Source: Candidatus Latescibacterota bacterium (GTDB taxonomy: Bacteria; Latescibacterota; UBA2968; UBA8231). From it: a stretch of 64,000 nt of DNA. The stretch spans positions 3,424,001 through 3,488,000 of the forward strand of contig CBDETK010000013.1 of the NCBI GenBank assembly GCA_965242865.1, in the 5' to 3' direction. The position numbers were made by a program, and so were the translations under genes. Under the pieces are notes generated by a model. The model was not told the origin of the DNA, did not search any database, and worked only from the letters and a program-made list of their open reading frames with translations. Shown piece after piece: positions 11,401-17,050 of the stretch (position 1 is the first letter of the stretch; every line of letters starts with the position of its first letter).

Positions 11401-11531
11401 GTGCAGAGCAAAAAGTCCCGCACCGCACTCGTGATATTCGCCTCGGGTTCATTGTTGTCGTGCCGTTGCAGAATCGCCGCCGCTGCGTTCTCGTATCTCG
11501 GATCGTTGTAATCTAGTTGAGGCATAGTCAA
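8424..11531 (-). CDS. Type IIG-like fused restriction endonuclease / N6-adenine DNA methyltransferase
   Basis: N-terminal D...IEIKK PD-(D/E)xK-like motif; GEYYTP, DPSCGSGTF (SAM binding) and GNPPW (catalytic); C-terminal TRD-like region; start may be 11525. Confidence 0.85.
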   Translation of the reverse strand: MTMPQLDYNDPRYENAAAAILQRHDNNEPEANITSAVRDFLLCTGLVDANEVAEEVSPSGHSVRAVDLKASNTFIEIKKRISTTGGFSPNEIYVKQLDKYLAESMTYERSARMGVLTDGRYWLLRWPNAGEVKATKPYCFTLESAADWLLLYEWLRDKVIGTQDDIPARRTEVEQNFGPNSPLYRRDIDALNVLYQGAKDRETVRVKCRLWETLLRAALGEIARTPDELDDLFVRHTYLSMVIGMVVQAYFGIDIRERAANDPTDLLYGRQFRDDTGLQDIIESDFFAWPAEVGGERLVARMAEHVARFNWQEAPADIAATLYEAIIPPDERRQLGEYYTPEWLAQAMVQEVVTDPLGQRVLDPSCGSGTFVAVAVRHFVEAATEAALDPKEALKRLREAVMGIDVHPVAVRLARTAWVMAARPLLEAATNAGYAGNVAIPVYLGDALQLHYQTGDLFISGDIGIEVEGDEFDKKLIFPIRLVEQADTFDRLMSDIADAIERGHDPLVALDDHGIMDPAQRQTLTTTIGIMQDLHAEGRNHIWAYYTRNLVRPVALSRRKVDVIVGNPPWLNYRNTASVLRDKLVQQSKELYHIWQGGRYATHQDVAGLFFARSVALYLRIGGVIAMVLPHSALQTGQYAKWRTGQWGDLAVNFGYKPAWDLEKLDPNTFFPVASCVAFAEWMGENGKATPLSDEVEQWQGTTGAEDVRREQIAITDTSLSGTSPYADRFRQGASIVPRCLFFVHEVESTTLVRAAQTVKVEPRRGSNDKAPWKALDLTAITGQTIEKAHLFDVHLGETVVPYATLTPLKALLPLKRNDAELPVDANGTGGIHLGGLEQRMRGRWQQVSMLWEQNKGANNPKNLLQWLDYHGKLSAQLEWRKNDKGVPIRVVYTASGQPTAAIIDTHDAIIDYTLFWAPCKDLQEAHYVLAIINSRTLYETAKPLMAKGQFGARHLQKHLWKLSIPEYDAANRLHQNIATAGQAAASEAAQQLQNLYKQRGDTVSTTVARRELRGWLAQSGEGKQVETLVKQLLT

Positions 11532-11540
11532 CCGCCGCCC

Positions 11541-11897
11541 CTAAAGGCTGCTTTTGCGAAATACCGCCGCCCGCTCGGCGTCCACGATTTCAGCGATCTG
11601 CTCCATCATCTCCACGTCATGCTCGTCGTACGATCCCTTTCCAAGTCGCACGCTTAGTTCTTGCCAAGCCTGCTGTTGCTCTCCTAGCTCATCTCGAAGG
11701 ATCAAGCGCAGGAATGCAGTCGAGAGATCGCGGTGCTCTTCGCTAGCCGCTACTTCCAACATCTTGGAGACCTTTTCGACCGCTGACGAGGGTGAGTCGC
11801 CCCGTGCGAGCTTGATCTGCATCAAGGCCTCATCTAAAAGCTCGGCGAGGTAGCTGATCGTGTTGTAGTAGCCCGATTGTAAACTTCGGTCGCTCAT
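11541..11897 (-). CDS. Hypothetical helical protein (118 aa)
   Basis: AAGGAGA RBS upstream of ATG; co-oriented with, and 9 nt upstream of, the R-M ORF. Confidence 0.65.
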   Translation of the reverse strand: MSDRSLQSGYYNTISYLAELLDEALMQIKLARGDSPSSAVEKVSKMLEVAASEEHRDLSTAFLRLILRDELGEQQQAWQELSVRLGKGSYDEHDVEMMEQIAEIVDAERAAVFRKSSL

Positions 11898-11927
11898 AAA
11901 ATCTCCTTGGGAGGCTATCGCCTTTAG

Positions 11928-12535
11928 AAAGCTGTCTTAAAATCCGTTTTTCTTTCGATCAGCCTTGAAAGGACATACCCATGAATCGACCTTTAGGTTT
12001 CACCACAAAGCCTGAAAGGTGCGATATAATGAGTATGTCCCTCAATGAATATGCAATGGATTGGAAGGATGGACAATGACCGTTGCGGTCTCCCCTGCTG
12101 CTGGCTCGTGTTTGGCATCGGGGAGGCCAAGTCGTCCGTCATGCGATGTCCGCTTGATGGTCCATGGCCTTATGTACCGGGCTAAAACCGGCCGTGGCGG
12201 CTTTTGCCAGCCTCGTTTGGCTGTTGGAAGACGGGGTATGGTTACTTCAACCGTTGGCGACAACAAGGGCATTGGGAGCGGATATTGTATGCACTGATCC
12301 AGTAGGATTGAACCGACCCAGGCCGCCTTGCCACTCCGTCGGCGGGCATCGTGGATGCACAGAGTGTCAAAACGGCAATCCAAGGAAAAACCACTGGATA
12401 CGATAAAAAAAGATCAAGGGACGCAAACGGCATCTGCTAGTGGATACCCACGCCCCCCCCCTTGCATGTGTGGTAACCTTCGCATCGACCGCACCGACGT
12501 CGGGGGCCGACAGCTTGAAGGCCCTGTTGAGAAGC
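11928..12535 (+). mobile_element. Degenerate IS5-family (IS1031-like) transposase remnant; boundaries approximate
   Basis: Manual translation across frameshifts and stops gives GRP..DVRLMVHGLMYRAKTG / FGCWKTGYGYFNRWRQQGHWERI / PSAGIVDAQSVKT / GYD / KIKGRKRHLLVDT; in-frame TAG at 12303 and TGA at 12309. Confidence 0.85.
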
Positions 12536-12567
12536 ATTCTTAAAATACAGCAACTGATGAATGTCGC

Positions 12568-12972
12568 CTATCGCCCGGCTATCCGTCTGATCCACTTGGG
12601 AACGAACCGCCAGAGGGACTTCCGTGCTTCGCCAAATTGCTGCGCTTTTTGGAAGCGGTCACGGGCTCGACCCTTCTCGATTTCGTCTTTGGAAAGGCGT
12701 CGAGCCCACCTCACTTGGTTACGATGAATCCAGTAATGAGATTGACAGTCGAAGTTCCAGTTTCCTATTGATGGATAGAGAGAAACGGACTTGCCATCGA
12801 ATGTCATTTGCCAGTCGGTTGGGTCCAGCGGCGTGACGACCTCACTCCCACATCCGCAGCAGCACCTATGTACAGCCGTAGCGAAGGGTATTGACACGTA
12901 CAATACTCCATCATCCAAGACATCTGGGATGTAGTCAACGAATTCGTGCTCAAGCGAGTTGACGCGAGTCAC
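12568..12972 (-). CDS. DUF6527 family protein (Bub-system putative Ser-His peptidase)
   Basis: H-x-CCCGCG..VVTPL..W...SLYPSIGNW..CQSHYWI signature. Confidence 0.85.
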   Translation of the reverse strand: MTRVNSLEHEFVDYIPDVLDDGVLYVSIPFATAVHRCCCGCGSEVVTPLDPTDWQMTFDGKSVSLYPSIGNWNFDCQSHYWIHRNQVRWARRLSKDEIEKGRARDRFQKAQQFGEARKSLWRFVPKWIRRIAGR

Positions 12973-14141
12973 GCTTGGTCCTGGTTGATCAGATTATTCC
13001 CGTCGATCTGGTAGTAACTCTCATTCTCTTTCTCAATATCGACGTAGAACCCGAGAAGTTTCTTCCACTTAATCACGGCTAGGGCCGCATTCAGTGCGTT
13101 AAGTTCAGCAATCTGGATGTTGCGTGAGTAGTCGTCTTCGCCATCGCCATCTGAAAGCGGGAGTGTTGAGTGGACATGGCCTCGTGCCTGCTCCGTACTC
13201 ACGGTTACTCTCAACTGGCCGAACAGCGAACCGTCAGTTTCGTCCACACCCATCCCCACATCGATGAATGGTACGCCGAACTCTTCCAGTTTCTCTACTA
13301 CAAGTTTCCTACTGTGCCCTTTGTCGACTGCTATGAACACGAAGTCCATTTGACGCAGGACATCAACCGTCGATTCATCGATATATTCGTGGACGGAGAT
13401 GTTACGCCGTATCTCAGAATAGATGTTTCCGAAATAGGCTGCTTTCAGCGGTGCGGTCTCCAGCGTCTCGACGGACGGCGCACCCGGCGAGCGGAACGCG
13501 TTATGCTGCCCAAACCTGTCACCGTCGAACAAGTGGATCTCCCTCACCGGGGTTTTTGCTACCAAGTCGAGTATGTATGAGCCAGTGCCACCCAGCCCAA
13601 CGATGGCGACTGCACCGACTTCTAGTTTTTCTGTGACAGCACCAATGCCAGCACGGCTTGATGCCGTATCGATGTACCTGAAGATCGAATCTTCATCCTG
13701 AGCTTCAGAGACGGCAAAGGTCCGAGCAGTGACGTTCGGGTCGATCGACTGGGCCGGCTCAGAAATAATGCCCTCGTAAGTGGTCATCTTGTCGTAGTAA
13801 TCAGAGTAGCCTCCCGATGGTTTACTCGAAAATTCGTGGTCGACTACCAATCCGGCTCCTAACTCCTGGCGTCCACTGGAAAGATGAATCTTTGTGAGTG
13901 GACGGCCTTCTTGGTTGCAAGGCATATCTCCAGTGAACATCACAACATGAGAGTCCGGCCTCACTGTGACATCACCTGCCAGAGTCAACTTTGAAACCAG
14001 AGTGCCGTACTTGATGATCCTACTTTCCGTAACGTACGGGATGTGCTTTAGAAGGAGATGGAGGGACCGCACCTCAACTTCGTAGCCATCGTCTTGGAGC
14101 CGCTTGAGGTCAGGGCTACGACTTATCAGTTGGTGTGACAT
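12969..14141 (-). CDS. ThiF/E1-like adenylyltransferase with N-terminal DUF6791-like domain
   Basis: VGLGGTGSYILD, FDGD..HNAFR, DVGMG and NIQIAELNALNA motifs; overlaps both neighbours. Confidence 0.88.
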   Translation of the reverse strand: MSHQLISRSPDLKRLQDDGYEVEVRSLHLLLKHIPYVTESRIIKYGTLVSKLTLAGDVTVRPDSHVVMFTGDMPCNQEGRPLTKIHLSSGRQELGAGLVVDHEFSSKPSGGYSDYYDKMTTYEGIISEPAQSIDPNVTARTFAVSEAQDEDSIFRYIDTASSRAGIGAVTEKLEVGAVAIVGLGGTGSYILDLVAKTPVREIHLFDGDRFGQHNAFRSPGAPSVETLETAPLKAAYFGNIYSEIRRNISVHEYIDESTVDVLRQMDFVFIAVDKGHSRKLVVEKLEEFGVPFIDVGMGVDETDGSLFGQLRVTVSTEQARGHVHSTLPLSDGDGEDDYSRNIQIAELNALNAALAVIKWKKLLGFYVDIEKENESYYQIDGNNLINQDQA

Positions 14142-14382
14142 TGAATATCGTCCCGTCTTGGACTTTCACGCTCTCGCCCGCTTTGAGTCTTCCTTCTAGT
14201 GGCCGCCCTGCACCGTTCCTGTAGGTGACAGTTATGATGATATCTGGGCCCGAGGGAGGTGGGTCAAAAGCGATCCTCACCACCTGATCGAAGGAGAGTT
14301 CGTCATTAAGGGAGAGTTCGCTTGACGTGACGGTTTTCTCTCGTCCGTTCACGATTATCGTGATGGTACTCTTGTCTGTCAT
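14116..14382 (-). CDS. Multi-ubiquitin-domain (beta-grasp) ubiquitin-like protein, single domain, 88 aa
   Basis: ITIIVNGREK..LSFDQVVRIAF..TVTY..G.L..GESVKV.DG.IFNVT.TDKS; AAAGGAG RBS. Confidence 0.85.
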   Translation of the reverse strand: MTDKSTITIIVNGREKTVTSSELSLNDELSFDQVVRIAFDPPPSGPDIIITVTYRNGAGRPLEGRLKAGESVKVQDGTIFNVTPTDKS

Positions 14383-14444
14383 CGTCAGACTCCTTTCGAT
14401 TGTTTCACAAGATGTTGACAGTACCAACTCCGGTACGTTTATAT

Positions 14445-14473
14445 AGGATAACCTATTGCCCACCTCTTGTCAA
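14445..14473 (-). promoter_or_regulatory. Sigma70-type promoter for the Ubl-E1-DUF6527 operon
   Basis: Minus strand TTGACA (14473-14468), 17-nt spacer, TATCCT (14450-14445). Confidence 0.7.
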
Positions 14474-14477
14474 TAGA

Positions 14478-14486
14478 TGGTACAAT
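14478..14486 (+). promoter_or_regulatory. Extended -10 element for the HTH/peptidase genes
   Basis: TGgTACAAT upstream of the AGGAG RBS and ATG 14514. Confidence 0.5.
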
Positions 14487-14513
14487 GTTTCGTTTCTAAT
14501 ACAGGAGAAGGAC

Positions 14514-14984
14514 ATGAACAGAGGCAAACTTGAGCTCAGCGACCTAGGACGCCTTGTCTTGGACGAGCGGAATCGGCGAGGGATGAGTCTCCGTGAAGCG
14601 GCATCTGAAACCGGAATCCCCTTCAACACCTTGGCGCGCGTCGAGAAGGGGCATGTCCCCGACCTTCCTAAGTTCAAGAGACTCGTTGAGTGGTGTGGGG
14701 CCGACATCAAGCAATTCTTTGAACTCCAAGAAAAGGTGGCGGCTACCACGGACCTGATTGCAGAGCATCTTCAGGCCGACCGCAACCTCCCTCCTGAAGC
14801 AGCCGAACAGATAGCAGGTATCGTCCGAGAGCTCTATCAGGTGCTGGTACGCCCCCAAGAAGTCTGTGCGGCACATCTGCGAGCCGCGAAGACATTCCGG
14901 CCAGACGCGGCTCGCGCTCTAGGGACGCTGCTCAACGATCTGAATAAAGCACTGATAGAGGAAATCACTGATGGCCCTGCGTAG
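14514..14984 (+). CDS. XRE-family HTH transcriptional regulator (CapH-like)
   Basis: RRGMSLREAASETGIPFNTLARVEKG HTH; AGGAG RBS. Confidence 0.85.
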   Translation: MNRGKLELSDLGRLVLDERNRRGMSLREAASETGIPFNTLARVEKGHVPDLPKFKRLVEWCGADIKQFFELQEKVAATTDLIAEHLQADRNLPPEAAEQIAGIVRELYQVLVRPQEVCAAHLRAAKTFRPDAARALGTLLNDLNKALIEEITDGPA

Positions 14985-15549
14985 AGGGTTTAAGTCCGAA
15001 GCCGAGGAAATCGCGAAACGCGTACGAGCAGAACTTGGAATGAGTGCCGCTCAGTCGGTCGCACCAGAAGTGCTCGCCGAGCTACTAGGCATTGAGATCC
15101 GAGCGGGAGACGAGTTGATCGCACGCGAAAGATTCGTCGAACTCAAACAGATTCAGCACGATGCCTTCTCGGCGTGTACGTTTCGGCCTTCGGCTGATCG
15201 TGTGGTCGTTGTATACAACCCTCTTTCCGCCAAGTCGCGCCGAAGGAGCGATCTAGCGCATGAGATTGCACATATCCTTCTTGACCACGAATTAAGCCGG
15301 ATTGAAACGCTTGGTGATGTTACGTTCCTCTCGTGTGATGCGATTCAGGAGGAAGAAGCTGTCTGGCTGTCCGGCTGCCTCCTCCTACCCCGGGCATTGC
15401 TCTTGGCGGAAGTCCGTAGGGGGTCAAACGAGAAAGAAATCGCAAGGAAATGTGGAGTTAGCGAAAACATGGCTCGGTACAGGTTGAACGTCACTGGCGT
15501 GGTCAAACAGAATCAGGCATTCCTGAAGAAGAGCCGCTCCCCACGATAG
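14971..15549 (+). CDS. ImmA/IrrE family Zn metallopeptidase (CapP-like)
   Basis: RRGFKSEAE start, HEIAH (HExxH), EEEA..LSGCLLLP. Confidence 0.9.
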   Translation: MALRRGFKSEAEEIAKRVRAELGMSAAQSVAPEVLAELLGIEIRAGDELIARERFVELKQIQHDAFSACTFRPSADRVVVVYNPLSAKSRRRSDLAHEIAHILLDHELSRIETLGDVTFLSCDAIQEEEAVWLSGCLLLPRALLLAEVRRGSNEKEIARKCGVSENMARYRLNVTGVVKQNQAFLKKSRSPR

Positions 15550-15790
15550 CGAGGTGTCGGTGGAGACCCCTCGGTGCTTAGAGCGCAGCGTAGGAATGTT
15601 CCTATAGCCGGCCTCGTTCCTCGGTTGCGAACCAACTCCACCAAGGCGGCCCGCCGATGCTTTCTATCCCAAGCTGCGTCCGGTCATCAGCTTCCAAGTT
15701 GCGCGGCAAGGTCATGGAGGTACAAATTTCAAGTGTAATTTGAAATCTGTACCAATTCTTTTATCTTGTCCCCAAGTGGCATCGACGCGA

Positions 15791-16966
15791 ATGGAGCCTA
15801 AAACCGTGATTTTGCGACAAATCGTCCGAGAATTGGCCGCGACGGCAGCCGAATTTCCCGTGGTGACCATCATCGGCCCGCGGCAAGCGGGAAAAACCAC
15901 GTTGGCGCGGATGCAGTTTCCCAACCACGCGTACGCGAACCTCGAAGCACCCGAGGTGCGCCGGCTGGCGGTAAGCGATCCCCACGCTTTCTTCTCGCAA
16001 TTTCCCCCGCCCGTTATCATCGACGAAATTCAGCGCGTACCCGAGCTGCTCTCAACCATCCAAGTCCTCGCGGACAGCAGCCGGCAACGCGGGCAATACA
16101 TTCTCACCGGCAGCCACCAATTGCGTCTGCAAGAAGCCGTTGCCCAATCCCTCGCCGGACGCACGGCTCTCTTGCGCCTGCTGCCCTTGTCGATAGCAGA
16201 ACTCAAAGCAGCCCGCATCACCCACACGCGCGACGAATTGATCTATCAGGGCTTTATGCCGCGCCTGTACAGCGAAAAAGTCAATCCGACGCGCCTGTAC
16301 CGAAATTACTGTCAAACCTATATCGAGCGCGACATTAGGCAAATGATCCACCTCAGGAGCCTGACCGACTTTGAGCACTTCACGCGCCTGCTCGCCGGAC
16401 GCGTCGGTCAGGTTTTGAATCTGAGTTCGCTGGCCAACGACGTGGGGGTGTCGAGCACCACGCTCAAAGAATGGCTCTCGGTGCTCGAAGCGTCGCACAC
16501 CATTTTTAGGTTGAAGCCCTATTTTGAAAACTTTGGCAAACGCATCGTCAAATCGCCAAAAATCTATTTTACCGAGGTCGGGCTGGCGTCCTACTTGCTC
16601 GGCATTGAATCGCCCGCGCTGGCGGCCCGCGATCCCCTGATCGGCAATCTCTTTGAAAACATGGTCGTCATCGAAGCCTTGAAAGCCAGACTCAACGCAG
16701 GAAAAGAGCCTGAACTCTACTTTTACCGCGACAACAAAGGCCACGAAGTGGATCTGTTGTTCCGGCAAAACAGGCAGTTAATCCCCATTGAAATCAAATC
16801 GGCCATGACGTTTAATCCAGAATTTGCCCAAGGAATCGCCCAGTTCCAGAAAATCGCGTCCTCCACGCAGCAAGGCTACGTCCTTTACGCCGGCCAGCTC
16901 ACCCCGGAACTGTCCCATGCCAGCGTGCGGCATTTTACCGACGTGGATACCATCTTTCCCCGCTGA
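15791..16966 (+). CDS. AAA_14 ATPase with DUF4143 domain
   Basis: GPRQAGKTT, IIDEIQ, LTGS, TYIERDIR, KSPKIYF, EVDL..IEIKS. Confidence 0.9.
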   Translation: MEPKTVILRQIVRELAATAAEFPVVTIIGPRQAGKTTLARMQFPNHAYANLEAPEVRRLAVSDPHAFFSQFPPPVIIDEIQRVPELLSTIQVLADSSRQRGQYILTGSHQLRLQEAVAQSLAGRTALLRLLPLSIAELKAARITHTRDELIYQGFMPRLYSEKVNPTRLYRNYCQTYIERDIRQMIHLRSLTDFEHFTRLLAGRVGQVLNLSSLANDVGVSSTTLKEWLSVLEASHTIFRLKPYFENFGKRIVKSPKIYFTEVGLASYLLGIESPALAARDPLIGNLFENMVVIEALKARLNAGKEPELYFYRDNKGHEVDLLFRQNRQLIPIEIKSAMTFNPEFAQGIAQFQKIASSTQQGYVLYAGQLTPELSHASVRHFTDVDTIFPR

Positions 16967-17050
16967 CGCCGCCTTGCCCCATCCCAACGGCTTCGCTATT
17001 CTCATCTTTGCCCCGCTCGTTTTCGTCACCTTGCCTCAGGAAGCCAAGCC

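Noticed and set aside
11541-11927. 8-bp inverted repeat CTAAAGGC / GCCTTTAG flanking the 118-aa ORF as mobile-element ends
   Set aside because: Too short, with no target-site duplication seen; may be chance.
12042-12433. Several 60-113 aa ORFs on both strands
   Set aside because: They are explained as alternative frames or antisense of the frameshifted IS5 transposase.
12568-15549. Calling this locus CBASS or Bil (ISG15-like)
   Set aside because: No CD-NTase, effector or JAB gene in the operon; DUF6527 points to Bub type.
15550-15790. Possible ncRNA in the intergenic gap after the peptidase gene
   Set aside because: No recognisable RNA family or convincing long stem by eye; may be a gene relic.
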